A program made the translations under genes and the position numbers. DNA of 64,000 bases from an uncultured Chloroflexia bacterium (GTDB lineage: Bacteria > Chloroflexota > Dehalococcoidia > UBA2979): positions 928,001 to 992,000 of the forward strand of contig CAVSIV010000001.1 of NCBI GenBank assembly GCA_963728205.1, in the 5' to 3' direction. How positions within the stretch are numbered: the first letter of the stretch is position 1; each line of letters begins with the position of its first letter. Shown piece after piece: positions 40,215 through 49,267 of this stretch. The notes under the pieces were generated by a model that made no database searches, was not told the origin of the DNA, and saw only the letters and a program-made list of their open reading frames with translations.

Positions 40215-40247
40215 CAGTGCCCCTTTACGGTTGCGTGCTGCAGCAGG

Positions 40248-40550
40248 TTAGAAGTCGATCGGCTTCCCGGGGTCCTTCGCCGCGTCGAACGGCGTCATCT
40301 TGGCGAGGTGACGCATCGGCTCGGCCTCGGGGGTCTTCGCCATCTGGTCCTCGACCATGCGCTTGTACATGGGGTCGAGGGAGCGGATGGCGTCCAGCTC
40401 ATTGTGCGTGACCGCGAAGGCCGAGACCTTGCGGGCGATGTTGGACTTGCCGCAGAACTCGCACTTCGTGGGCTCCTCGCGGCGCGGGGGCCGGATCAGC
40501 ACCTCGAAGGTCGCCTTGCAGTCGGCGCACTGGTACGTGTGAAGCGGCAT
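40248..40550 (-). CDS. FmdB-family zinc-ribbon protein
   Basis: MPLHTYQCADC..FEVL..CEFCG....RKVSAF. Confidence 0.88.
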   Translation of the reverse strand: MPLHTYQCADCKATFEVLIRPPRREEPTKCEFCGKSNIARKVSAFAVTHNELDAIRSLDPMYKRMVEDQMAKTPEAEPMRHLAKMTPFDAAKDPGKPIDF

Positions 40551-40576
40551 GTTCGATCCGATCTCGCCGTGGCGGG

Positions 40577-41656
40577 CTACGCCGCGGCGGTTTCACCTTC
40601 GGCCAGCAGCATCCGGAACGGCCGGATCAGCTGCTCGCCGCGCTCGAGGCCGACGGAGCGGCAGTGGCTGAGGTATGCGCGCATCCAGTCGCGCTGGAGG
40701 CGCCGGACGACCTGCATCCCTTCGTCCATGCCCTTCACGCCGCCGCCGAAGATGACGGCAAGCGCTTCCCAGAGCACGGGGTCGGCCGCGTCGCGGGCCT
40801 GCGCGGCCTCGACGTTCGTCAGCCAGATCGCGAAGCCGGCGCGCTGCTCGGGCCGAGCGGCGATGGCCGTGCGGATGTGATCCATGGCGTAGGCGAGGGT
40901 GCGCATGCGGTCCGGGATCATGCGCGTCGCCAGCACGCGGTCGGCCTCGGTCGGGCCGTACGCGGCGAGGTAGCGCAGGATCGCGGTCTGCAGCGAGCCG
41001 CGCAGGAACCAGAGGCCGAGCACGGTCTGCGACCAGCCGGCGTACGTCTCCATGATCGCGCGGTTCATGCGGCCGGGGCTCTCCAGCAGCATGCCGCCGC
41101 CGTTGACCATCGCGCGCTTGCGGTAGCCCTCGAAGAGCCGCGCCGCGTCGTACACGCCGGTCGAGAGGAAGAGCTTCACCTCGTGGTAGCCGGGGCTGAG
41201 GTTCTGCAGCCAGCCGGAGACGACCTCGGCCTCGATCGAGCCCTCCTGCGAGAGCTCGGTCGCGACCTGGCAGATCGCGATCTCGACGTCGTCGGGCAGG
41301 CCGTGCGCGGTCTCCCACGGGACGTCGGTCGCGGTCGACCAGCGGCGCGAGATGCCCTCCTCGTAGAGCTGGCCGGCGCAGTCGGCCCACTGCTCGTACT
41401 TCTCCTGGAGGTAGTAGCCGCCGATGGAGCCGGCGATGGGTGACGGGTAGGCGCCGCGCGGCCAGCGGTTGCGGTACTGGATGCGGTCGGGAATCTCGGA
41501 GTAGACGCCCACGTTGAGGGCGTCGATCGTGAGCCCGCCGCCGTGCTCGAAGTCGGGACGCGCGCGGATGCCCCAGCCGATGGTCTTGTCCATCCAGCTG
41601 AGGTCGGGCATCGGCGGCGCCTGCGGCGCACCATCCTGGGCGGTTGCCTGGACCAT
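40577..41656 (-). CDS. Ferritin-like protein, paralog of the upstream gene lacking diiron ligands
   Basis: Shares LYEE..RWS..D.PWET..LPDD.E.A.CQ and RKR..NGGG; ExxH motifs replaced by DAARL and DRMRT. Confidence 0.8.
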   Translation of the reverse strand: MVQATAQDGAPQAPPMPDLSWMDKTIGWGIRARPDFEHGGGLTIDALNVGVYSEIPDRIQYRNRWPRGAYPSPIAGSIGGYYLQEKYEQWADCAGQLYEEGISRRWSTATDVPWETAHGLPDDVEIAICQVATELSQEGSIEAEVVSGWLQNLSPGYHEVKLFLSTGVYDAARLFEGYRKRAMVNGGGMLLESPGRMNRAIMETYAGWSQTVLGLWFLRGSLQTAILRYLAAYGPTEADRVLATRMIPDRMRTLAYAMDHIRTAIAARPEQRAGFAIWLTNVEAAQARDAADPVLWEALAVIFGGGVKGMDEGMQVVRRLQRDWMRAYLSHCRSVGLERGEQLIRPFRMLLAEGETAAA

Positions 41657-41754
41657 TCGTGTCCCCTCCAGGGAGGGCCCCATCGTGGGGGCCACACACA
41701 GCGGACGCCGCCCCTCGCGTGGTGCGGGGGAGCGGCGTCCGAGCGGATCAGTGG

Positions 41755-42891
41755 TTACGCGGCGAGGTACTGCTGCAGCGCGGAGTTGGCGCGACCGTTC
41801 TCGAACCGGTCGCCGAGGCCGGCCACCTTCACGCGCTGGATGTACTCCTTGACCTGGCGCTGCCGCACCGCCGTGGCGATCTTCTCGCCCTCCGACATCG
41901 ACGCGGCGTCCGACCCGCCGCCGAGCAGGATCGCCAGCGCGGCGTTCGACGGCGTCCCGCGCGTCGCGGGGTTCTGCCCGCCGCTGCCGGCGACGAGGCC
42001 CATCTCGATCTCGTCGAGGTACGAGTGGATCTCCTCGCGGCGCTCCGGGTCCGTCTGCGCGAGGTACTGCAGGTGCATCACGCCGAAGGCGACGTGGCGC
42101 GACTCGTCCGACGCCGCGAGGCGGTAGATCGCCTTCTCCGCGTCGTTGTAGGACATGCGCTCGCCCATCCGGAAGATCGAGAGCACGAGACCCTCGCCGG
42201 AGATGTGCAGGCGGGCCGACATCTCCGTGAAGTCGCGGGCGGAGTCGATGGCGCCGCCGGCCAGCGCCGCGTTCGACGTCTGCATCAGCAGGCCGCCGCC
42301 GTTGGCGAAGGTGCGCTTGCGGAAGACGTCGAGGTGGCGCGCCTCGTCCATGATCTGCGAGATCAGGAACATGCGCGGCTCGTAGTAGTCCGGGCTCGTC
42401 TCCGAGATCCACTTGCCCGGGACGTCACCGGCGACGAACTCGACCTCGGTGAGGAACGTCGTGAGCTGGCACTCGGCGCGCTCGATGTCGTCGGGGAGCT
42501 CCTCGAGGGTCTCCCACGGGATGTCGACCGCGGACGACCACTGGCGCTGCACGGCCTCCTCGTAGAGCTGGGAGGCGTTGCGCAGCCAGATGTCCGACTT
42601 CGTGCGGACCGAGTAGTTGCCGACCTTCGGGGCGGTGGGGCGCACGAGCGAGCCGCGCGGGCGGCCCGTCATGTTGTCGCTCCAGTCCGGGATCTGGGCG
42701 TACGGGCCCTTGTCGATGTCCTGCAGGAGGACGCCCTCACCCTTCGCGCCGTCGGCGCGCAGCCCGAACGTCTCGCGGGCCGTCAGCCAGTCCAGCTTGT
42801 ACCCGCGCGAGCGCCCGTACTCGAGGAGCGACTCGTAAGCGGTCTTCTGAGATGTGGACTGTGACTGATCGGGCCGCGTCTCGGTCGCCAT
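41755..42891 (-). CDS. Ferritin-like diiron-carboxylate protein (putative oxygenase catalytic subunit)
   Basis: TEVEF...DEARH...GEG...DESRH: canonical E/ExxH/E/ExxH set. Confidence 0.88.
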   Translation of the reverse strand: MATETRPDQSQSTSQKTAYESLLEYGRSRGYKLDWLTARETFGLRADGAKGEGVLLQDIDKGPYAQIPDWSDNMTGRPRGSLVRPTAPKVGNYSVRTKSDIWLRNASQLYEEAVQRQWSSAVDIPWETLEELPDDIERAECQLTTFLTEVEFVAGDVPGKWISETSPDYYEPRMFLISQIMDEARHLDVFRKRTFANGGGLLMQTSNAALAGGAIDSARDFTEMSARLHISGEGLVLSIFRMGERMSYNDAEKAIYRLAASDESRHVAFGVMHLQYLAQTDPERREEIHSYLDEIEMGLVAGSGGQNPATRGTPSNAALAILLGGGSDAASMSEGEKIATAVRQRQVKEYIQRVKVAGLGDRFENGRANSALQQYLAA

Positions 42892-43005
42892 ACGCTCTCC
42901 TGCTTTCGTGTCTGCGATGTTCGATCGGCTGCTGGTGCAGGGCCGCCGCTGAGGTCGCCGTCAGCGCGCGTACACCGTCAACGAACGTAGTCGTTCGAGG
43001 GCGTC

Positions 43006-43034
43006 AACATACAGTGTGTATGCAAGGCTGTCAA
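43006..43034 (-). promoter_or_regulatory. sigma70 promoter of the diiron operon with an operator palindrome in the spacer
   Basis: Minus strand TTGACA-17 bp-TATGTT; CATACA-GTG-TGTATG at 43008-43022. Confidence 0.8.
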
Positions 43035-43504
43035 CGAACACGTGCGTGGCCGGCGGGCGCCGCCAACAGGTTGGGACCGGCCGTCGCGCGGCACGTGGGG
43101 CGAGGGCGGTGGCAGGCATCGCGCGCGCCCGAGAGGCGGGTCGCGAGTCGCGCGAAGGCGGCCGGCGGCGACCACTGCGAGATGCGTACGACGGTGCCGC
43201 CGCGGTCCGGCGCGAGCGTGACCTCGACGATCGCGTCGCGCTCGTCGTCGCGGCTGCCGCCGCTCGTGGCGTGCCAGCGCACGCGGCGCGGAGCTTCGCG
43301 CTCGATCACCTCGCCGAGGCGCACGACACGCGGCTCCACGCCGGGGAAGCGAGCGGGGTCGGTGACGTAGTCGAAGACCTCCTCGGGTGGCGCGTCGACG
43401 CGCACCTCGACCTGCAGCTCCGGCACGTCGTCGACGGCGGTGCGTGGCGACTCGTCGCGCCGGTCGTCCGGGCCGGCGGGGGCGTCGTGCTCGTCGTGTG
43501 CCAT
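43031..43504 (-). CDS. SRPBCC/AHSA1 domain protein (3' end uncertain)
   Basis: VDAPPEEVFDYVTDP, GEV..EAPRRV.W, VEVTL..GGTVV; coupled to the ArsR gene. Confidence 0.75.
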   Translation of the reverse strand: MAHDEHDAPAGPDDRRDESPRTAVDDVPELQVEVRVDAPPEEVFDYVTDPARFPGVEPRVVRLGEVIEREAPRRVRWHATSGGSRDDERDAIVEVTLAPDRGGTVVRISQWSPPAAFARLATRLSGARDACHRPRPTCRATAGPNLLAAPAGHARVR

Positions 43505-43857
43505 CAGGCGTCTCCCTTCGCGGCGCCCGGTCCGCCGCCGCGCGCGGGTCGCGGCGGCGACGCCAGGTCGTCCTTCATGCGCGCCAGCGCGGCGCTCCAG
43601 AACCCCTCGACCTCGTCGCGCAGGCGGGCGAGGCCCTCCGGCGCGGCGTGGTACACGCGACGCCGCCCGTCGGGCGTCGCCGCCACGAGTCCGGCGTCGC
43701 GCAGCACGCGCAGGTGCTGCGACACCGCCGGCTGCGACAGCGCGACGCGCTCCACGATCTCGCCGACGGAGCGCTCGCGCTCGCAGAGCAGGCGATAGAT
43801 CGCGCGTCGGCTGGGGTCGCCCAGCGCGTCGAGCGGGTCGGTGGCGTCCTCGTGCAT
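43504..43857 (-). CDS. ArsR/SmtB family transcriptional regulator
   Basis: ALGDPSRR.I, SQPAVSQHLRVLRDAGLV, GRRRVY. Confidence 0.92.
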   Translation of the reverse strand: MHEDATDPLDALGDPSRRAIYRLLCERERSVGEIVERVALSQPAVSQHLRVLRDAGLVAATPDGRRRVYHAAPEGLARLRDEVEGFWSAALARMKDDLASPPRPARGGGPGAAKGDA

Positions 43858-43877
43858 GCCGACATGATATCGCGCTA

Positions 43878-43891
43878 CACTTATATAAGTG
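43878..43891. promoter_or_regulatory. Perfect palindrome, likely ArsR operator between arsR and clpP
   Basis: CACTTATATAAGTG in a 70-bp AT-rich divergent intergenic region. Confidence 0.75.
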
Positions 43892-43927
43892 CACACGAAT
43901 GTGTAATGCAGGCGGAGGAGGCAGGCG

Positions 43928-44578
43928 ATGAACGACAGCTCGACGGGGCGGCCGCGGGCGGTGGTGCCGATGGTGGTGGAGGCCGGTCCGCGCGGCGAGC
44001 GCGCCTACGACATCTACTCGCTGTTGCTGAAGGAGCGCGTCGTCATCCTCGGCACCGAGGTGACGTCCGAGGTCGCGAACGCGATCGTCGCGCAGCTGCT
44101 CTACCTCGACCGCGAGGACGCGGACAAGGACGTCTCGCTCTACATCCACTCGCCGGGCGGCGAGGTATACGCGGGGCTGGCGATCATCGACACGATGCAA
44201 CTGATCCGCGCGGACGTCTCGACGATCGCGGTCGGTTTCACGGCGTCGATGGGCACCGCCGTGCTGGCGGCCGGCGCGCGCGGCAAGCGGTTCGCGCTGC
44301 CGAGCGCGACGATCCACTACCACCCGGCGCTCGGCGGCGCGCAGGGGGGCGCGCGCGACGTCGAGATCCGCGCGCAGGAGCTGCTGCGGCTGAACCGCCG
44401 CCTGCGCGAGCTGCTCGCCGAGCGCACCGGCCGCCCGTTCGACGAGATCGCGCGCGACTTCGACCGCGATCACTTCATGGATGCGTACGAGGCGAAGGAG
44501 TACGGGCTCGTGGACGCGGTGCTCGAGCAGACGACGGTCGAGAGCCGGCGCACGGCCGGCTTCCAGCGGGCCGGGTGA
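43928..44578 (+). CDS. clpP: ATP-dependent Clp protease proteolytic subunit
   Basis: [23 protein letters not shown] (Ser), HYHP (His), DRDHFM (Asp). Confidence 0.93.
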   Translation: MNDSSTGRPRAVVPMVVEAGPRGERAYDIYSLLLKERVVILGTEVTSEVANAIVAQLLYLDREDADKDVSLYIHSPGGEVYAGLAIIDTMQLIRADVSTIAVGFTASMGTAVLAAGARGKRFALPSATIHYHPALGGAQGGARDVEIRAQELLRLNRRLRELLAERTGRPFDEIARDFDRDHFMDAYEAKEYGLVDAVLEQTTVESRRTAGFQRAG

Positions 44579-44587
44579 GAAGTCCAC

Positions 44588-44673
44588 TTCGAGCGGCGCC
44601 GGGCCACGGCGCTGAGGCGCGATTCGGCGATTGCTCGGCGCCTCCTCAGCGCCTTCACCAGGCGCCGCTCGAA
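44588..44673. repeat. Family A element between convergent genes
   Basis: TTCGAGCGGCGCC...CTCAGCGCCTTCACCAGGCGCCGCTCGAA. Confidence 0.88.
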
Positions 44674-44706
44674 GCGCGCTCGGTCGTCGCGCAGCCGCGG
44701 CGGGCG

Positions 44707-45366
44707 CTAGCGGTTCGGGCCGCGTGACCGCGGGCTGCGTCCGCGGTCCGCGCGGCGGCCGGTCTGTCGCCGCGGCGGCGCGTCGGGCAGCGACGGGGCG
44801 AACCCGGGGTGGCGCTCCGCGAACTCGTCGGCCGTCATCCCGAAGCGGACCTCGTCCCAGCGCCGCCCGGCCGCGAAGATCGCGCTGCGCAGCCGACCCT
44901 CCTCGACGAACCCTAGCGCGCGGTGGAACGCGATCGAGCGCTCGTTGAAGGCGTACACGCCGCACTCCGCCTTCGCGTAGCCGAGCTCGCCGAAGTAGTA
45001 GCGCAGCAGCAACTGGATGGCCTCGCGGCCGTAGCCGTGCCGCCAGTGCTCGCGACCGAGCGCCAGGCCGAACTGGAAGCGCCGGTTCCGACGGTCGGCG
45101 CCGTGGACGGAGATCGAGCCCAGCACGGCGTCGTCCTCGGAGCGCGCGATGCAGAGGAACGCGTCGTCGTCGTTCTCATGGCGCTCCCGGGCGCGCTCCT
45201 CGGCCCACCGGCGTGCGGCCTCTCGCGACTGGGGGGAGTTGACGCGATGCCCGAGGCGCTCGACCTCGGAGTCGCGCGCGATCGCGTAGAACGTCTCCCA
45301 GTCCTCGGGTTCGATGCCGCGCAGGTGGACGCGCTCGCCCTGCCAGATGTCGTGTGTTTCGGGCAT
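44707..45366 (-). CDS. RimJ/RimL-type GNAT N-acetyltransferase
   Basis: WQGERVHLR, HWRHGYG.EA, FNERSIAFH..LGF..EG. Confidence 0.88.
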   Translation of the reverse strand: MPETHDIWQGERVHLRGIEPEDWETFYAIARDSEVERLGHRVNSPQSREAARRWAEERARERHENDDDAFLCIARSEDDAVLGSISVHGADRRNRRFQFGLALGREHWRHGYGREAIQLLLRYYFGELGYAKAECGVYAFNERSIAFHRALGFVEEGRLRSAIFAAGRRWDEVRFGMTADEFAERHPGFAPSLPDAPPRRQTGRRADRGRSPRSRGPNR

Positions 45367-45512
45367 GCGCCGGAGTGTAGCCGGGGTGGGCGGGGTCCCT
45401 CACGGATCTGCGCCGCCGACCGCGGGCGCGACGGCCTGCACGGGCGCCGCGCACCGCTGCGCGACACCCACGCCTGGCCCGGGGCTCCCCGGAGTGCGCG
45501 CGGCCGAGCAAC

Positions 45513-46142
45513 CTAGCGCGTGGCGCCCGTGCGCGCCTCGAGCAGCTCGCCGGCCAGCACCCCGACGATCCAGGACTCGGCCCGGTCGAAGGTCCAGCCG
45601 AACTCGCCGGTGAGCGACGCGAAGACGGACGGCATGGTCAGCGTGGCGACGGCGGCGGTCGCCTCCTCCGCGGGGACTCCTCCCCGCAACCCGCCCAGCC
45701 GGCCGAGGTGCTCAACGGTGGCGGCGCAACCCGCGCGGTGGCGCTTCATGCCTGCGGCGAACGCCTCCGTCATGTCGGACTCGACGCCGGCGGCGGACTG
45801 GAGTGCCGCGAGGATGTCTCCGCAGCGCTCGTTGACCTGTCGCGCGATGTGGACCTGGAGGGCGAGCACCTGGCGGGGATCATTGGCGGCACTCAGGGTG
45901 GCCGCGAGGGCCGGGATCTCGGCCTCTTCGTCGATCCGTTCGACGAGGAGCCTCAGCAGTTGCGGCTTCGGTCCGACGCTCGTGTAGACGGTGGGCAGGG
46001 CGACGCCGGCAGCCTCCGCGACCTCCGCCACGGAGGTCGCACCGTAGCCGCGCTCGGTGAAGAGGCGACGAGCCGCGTCGAGGATCGCGCGGCGCGTCTC
46101 GAGCGCCTGGTGCTGACGACGGCCGGGGCGTCTTGACGTCAT
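45513..46142 (-). CDS. TetR/AcrR family regulator
   Basis: TRRAILDAARRLF..GY..TSV.EVA..AGVA.PTVY. Confidence 0.92.
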   Translation of the reverse strand: MTSRRPGRRQHQALETRRAILDAARRLFTERGYGATSVAEVAEAAGVALPTVYTSVGPKPQLLRLLVERIDEEAEIPALAATLSAANDPRQVLALQVHIARQVNERCGDILAALQSAAGVESDMTEAFAAGMKRHRAGCAATVEHLGRLGGLRGGVPAEEATAAVATLTMPSVFASLTGEFGWTFDRAESWIVGVLAGELLEARTGATR

Positions 46143-46164
46143 GTCATATCCGATGTCTAATCAC

Positions 46165-46199
46165 GATATGATGTATCTAACTAGTAGATACGCCATATC
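46165..46199. promoter_or_regulatory. Probable TetR operator
   Basis: GATATG-AT-GTATCTA-ACTAG-TAGATAC-GC-CATATC inverted repeat between divergent genes. Confidence 0.75.
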
Positions 46200-46215
46200 A
46201 TATCAGGAGGACGGC

Positions 46216-46914
46216 ATGGCAACCATCGGCGTGGGCGCGGCGGAGTCGAGCACCGGCAGGATCAGGTGGAGTTCCACGCGGCTGGCCGGGGCGGGCGGTC
46301 TTGTCTTCCTGGCCCTGATCACGTTCCAGAACATCATGCGAGCGATCACCGGGCCGGCCCTCGGAGCATCGCCGGACGTGGTGATTCGGTTCCTGCGCGA
46401 CGACGGGTGGACGATTCACGTGCTCGCCGTGACCTACATCGTGGGCTTCGTCCCGCTGCTGGCCTTCGCGAGCGGACTCGCGCACGAGGCAAGTCGCGTG
46501 GAGCCACGAGCACGTGGTTGGGCGGCGATCGGCGTGCTCGGCACGATGGCGATCGCGGTGTTCTTCGCGCTGATCACCGTGCTGCAGACGGCACTGCTGG
46601 CGTCGGTGGACGCGCTCGCCGGGAATGCGGCCCTGACGCAGACGGTGTGGGCGCTCCACGACGGCATCTTCACCATCAACCTCCTCGCGGTGGCGACGGC
46701 GATGCTCGGGCTCGGGGTCGCCGCGCGGATGGCACGGCTCGTTCCCGGCTGGATGGGCGTGCTGTCCTGCGTCGGCGCGGCGCTCATGACCGCGGGCGCG
46801 CTGCCGATGGTGGCGGAGGTCGAGGGTTCGCACCTGCTGGCGGTCTCGTTGGCCGGCTACCTGTGCTGGCTGCTGCTGCTGCTGGTGGCGGGAACCCGGC
46901 TGTTGCGAGAGTAG
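46216..46914 (+). CDS. Multi-pass membrane protein (DUF4386-like)
   Basis: AGGAGG RBS; about 6 hydrophobic segments. Confidence 0.7.
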   Translation: MATIGVGAAESSTGRIRWSSTRLAGAGGLVFLALITFQNIMRAITGPALGASPDVVIRFLRDDGWTIHVLAVTYIVGFVPLLAFASGLAHEASRVEPRARGWAAIGVLGTMAIAVFFALITVLQTALLASVDALAGNAALTQTVWALHDGIFTINLLAVATAMLGLGVAARMARLVPGWMGVLSCVGAALMTAGALPMVAEVEGSHLLAVSLAGYLCWLLLLLVAGTRLLRE

Positions 46915-47058
46915 ACGGCCGCGAGGTTCACGCGGGAGTGGACGCCCTCGGCGGGCGGCCGTTCTGCCGCGAACACCACGGCCGATATCAGGCGGCACTG
47001 CTCGACTCGTCGAGTCGTGCCGCCGGCAAGACCATCCGCCGGATGCTGTTCGCGATAC

Positions 47059-47142
47059 TGGTGCCGGGGCTGGGATTCGAACCCAGATGCCTTGCGGCCG
47101 CGGGGTTTAAGCCCGCTGCGTCTGCCATTCCGCCACCCCGGC
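47059..47142 (-). tRNA. tRNA-Leu (TAA)
   Basis: GCCGGGG acceptor stem, GCGGG-CTTAAAC-CCCGC anticodon arm, variable arm, GTTCGAATC, CCA. Confidence 0.95.
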
Positions 47143-47197
47143 GCCGGACGGCGCCGATTGTCGCCGATCCGCCCGGCCGGGAGCAGCCCGCGCGGCG

Positions 47198-48496
47198 CTA
47201 CCGCGGCAGGCGGATCGTGAACGCCGCCCCGGCGCCCGGCGCGGACCGCACGTCGACGCGCCCGCCGTGCGCCTCCACGATGCCGCGCACGATCGACAGC
47301 CCGAGCCCCGCGCCGTCGCCGCCGCTGCCGCCGCGCCGGCGCGAGCGCTCGCCGCGGTAGAACGGCTCCCACACGCGGTCCAGGTCCTCGGGCGCGATCC
47401 CGGCGCCCGTGTCCTCCACCGTCACCGCGACGCCCCCGTCGTCGACGCCGGCGCGCACGGCGATGCGCCCCCCCGCCGGCGTGTGCTCGAGCGCGTTGCG
47501 CACGAGGTTCGCGACCGCGCGCTCCATGCGCGTGCCGTCGAGCTCGAGCAGCGGGCAGTCGCCCTCCGCCTCCACCTCGAGCGCGATGCCCGCGCGCTGC
47601 GCCTGCGCCTGCATCGCGTCGCCGACGTCGGCGACGATCTCCTGGATCGACAGCGGCCGGCGGTCGAGGCGCAGCGCCCCGGCGTCGATCTGCGCCAGCT
47701 CGAAGAGGTCGTCGAGCATGCGACTGACGCGGTCGATCTCGCGGCGCATCGTCCCCATGTAGCGCTCGACCTCCGCGCGGTCCTCGACGACGCCGTCGCT
47801 CAGCGCCTCGACCATCGCGCGCACGCTCGCGAGCGGCGTGCGCAGGTCGTGCGAGATCGCGGCGGTGAGCTCGCGCCGCGACCGCTCCATCTCCGCGCGC
47901 TGCCGCTCCGACGACTCCAGCAGCGACGCGAGCCGGTCGACGTCGCCCGCCAGCCGCGCCACCTCGTCCTCGCCGGCGAGGTCGAGGCGCGTCGCGTAGC
48001 GCCCCTCGGCGAGCTCGCCGATCGCGCGGCCGATCGTGTGCACGCGCCCCGTGACGCTCGACGCCACCCACACGCTGAACGTCACGGCGAGCAGGCCGCT
48101 GAAGATGAGCAGCGTGGTGAGCAGCGGCAGGTCGTGCGTGGTGGAGACGAACATCAGCCGCGCGACCGCGTAGACGTTGGCGAGCCCGACGAGCGATCCG
48201 ATCCCCGCCGCGACGATCGCCTTGGTGCGCAGCGAAAGCCCGAGGCGGTCGTCGGCGACGCGCAGCGCGAGCCAGCCGACGACGATGGTGGTGAGCCCGG
48301 ACACGACGAGGTAGACCGCGAGGTCGACCGCGGCGGCGCGCGGCGGGGCCATGAGCACGTCGAAGATGAGCAGCGAGACGCCGACCGCGGCCGCCAGCCC
48401 GCCGACGGCGAGCGCGAGCGACCGCAGCCACGCGAGCGACGCGCCCGCCGGCGCGGCCGGCGCGCGCGTGGGCACCGACGCTGCACTACGGCTCAA
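47198..48496 (-). CDS. HAMP-domain sensor histidine kinase
   Basis: ISHDLRTPL, NLVRNA, DTGAGI, GAGLGLSI. Confidence 0.95.
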   Translation of the reverse strand: MSRSAASVPTRAPAAPAGASLAWLRSLALAVGGLAAAVGVSLLIFDVLMAPPRAAAVDLAVYLVVSGLTTIVVGWLALRVADDRLGLSLRTKAIVAAGIGSLVGLANVYAVARLMFVSTTHDLPLLTTLLIFSGLLAVTFSVWVASSVTGRVHTIGRAIGELAEGRYATRLDLAGEDEVARLAGDVDRLASLLESSERQRAEMERSRRELTAAISHDLRTPLASVRAMVEALSDGVVEDRAEVERYMGTMRREIDRVSRMLDDLFELAQIDAGALRLDRRPLSIQEIVADVGDAMQAQAQRAGIALEVEAEGDCPLLELDGTRMERAVANLVRNALEHTPAGGRIAVRAGVDDGGVAVTVEDTGAGIAPEDLDRVWEPFYRGERSRRRGGSGGDGAGLGLSIVRGIVEAHGGRVDVRSAPGAGAAFTIRLPR

Positions 48497-49217
48497 ACTT
48501 GTACCCCACGCCCCACACGGTCTTGAGGTGGCGCGGCCGCGAGGCGTCCGTCTCGAGCTTCGCGCGCAGCCGTCGCATGTGGACGGTCACGGTGCTCGGC
48601 TCGCCCTCGAAGGTGCGGTCCCACACCGCGTCCATCAGCTGGTCGCGCGTGAAGACCTGGCCGGGGTGGCGCGCGAGGAACAGCAGGAGGTCGAACTCGC
48701 GGGCGGTGAGGTTGATCGGCTCCCCGGCACGGTCGACCGAGCGGCGGCGGCCGTCGATCTCCAGCTCGTCGAAGCGCAGCGTCTCGTCGCCGGGCGCGGC
48801 CGGCTCGCGCCCGACGCGGCGCAGCACGGCCGCGACGCGCGCCGCGAGCTCGCGCGGGGAGAACGGCTTCGTCACGTAGTCGTCGGCGCCGAGCTCGAGG
48901 CCGGCGAGCTTGTCCTGCTCGTCGCCGCGCGCGGTGAGCATGATGATCGGCGCCTGCGAGCGGGCGCGCACGCGACGGCAGATCTCCAGGCCGTCGAGCC
49001 CCGGCAGCATGACGTCGAGCACGAGCAGCGCCGGGTCGAACGCCTCGAAGGCGTCGAGCGCCTCGCGGCCGTCGCCCACGATGCGCACCTCGTGGCCGTC
49101 GCGCCGGAGGTAGCGCTCGACGACCTCGGCGACCATCGGCTCGTCCTCGACGACGAGGATGCGCGCGCCCGCGGGCGGGAGCGTGCGGGACGCGGAGCCG
49201 GGGGCGGGAGCGGGCAT
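48486..49217 (-). CDS. OmpR/PhoB family response regulator
   Basis: VVEDE, LDVMLP, KPFSPREL, LTAREFDLL, TVWGVGYKF. Confidence 0.95.
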   Translation of the reverse strand: MPAPAPGSASRTLPPAGARILVVEDEPMVAEVVERYLRRDGHEVRIVGDGREALDAFEAFDPALLVLDVMLPGLDGLEICRRVRARSQAPIIMLTARGDEQDKLAGLELGADDYVTKPFSPRELAARVAAVLRRVGREPAAPGDETLRFDELEIDGRRRSVDRAGEPINLTAREFDLLLFLARHPGQVFTRDQLMDAVWDRTFEGEPSTVTVHMRRLRAKLETDASRPRHLKTVWGVGYKFEP

Positions 49218-49267
49218 GGCAGCCTCGCGAGGTGAGCGTGCTCGGAGACGGAACGTATCCCGCAAAG

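Noticed and set aside
45474-45487. Possible attR duplicate of the tRNA-Leu 3' end (TGGCCCGGGGCT)
   Set aside because: The match is short, gapped and GC-rich, so it is expected by chance
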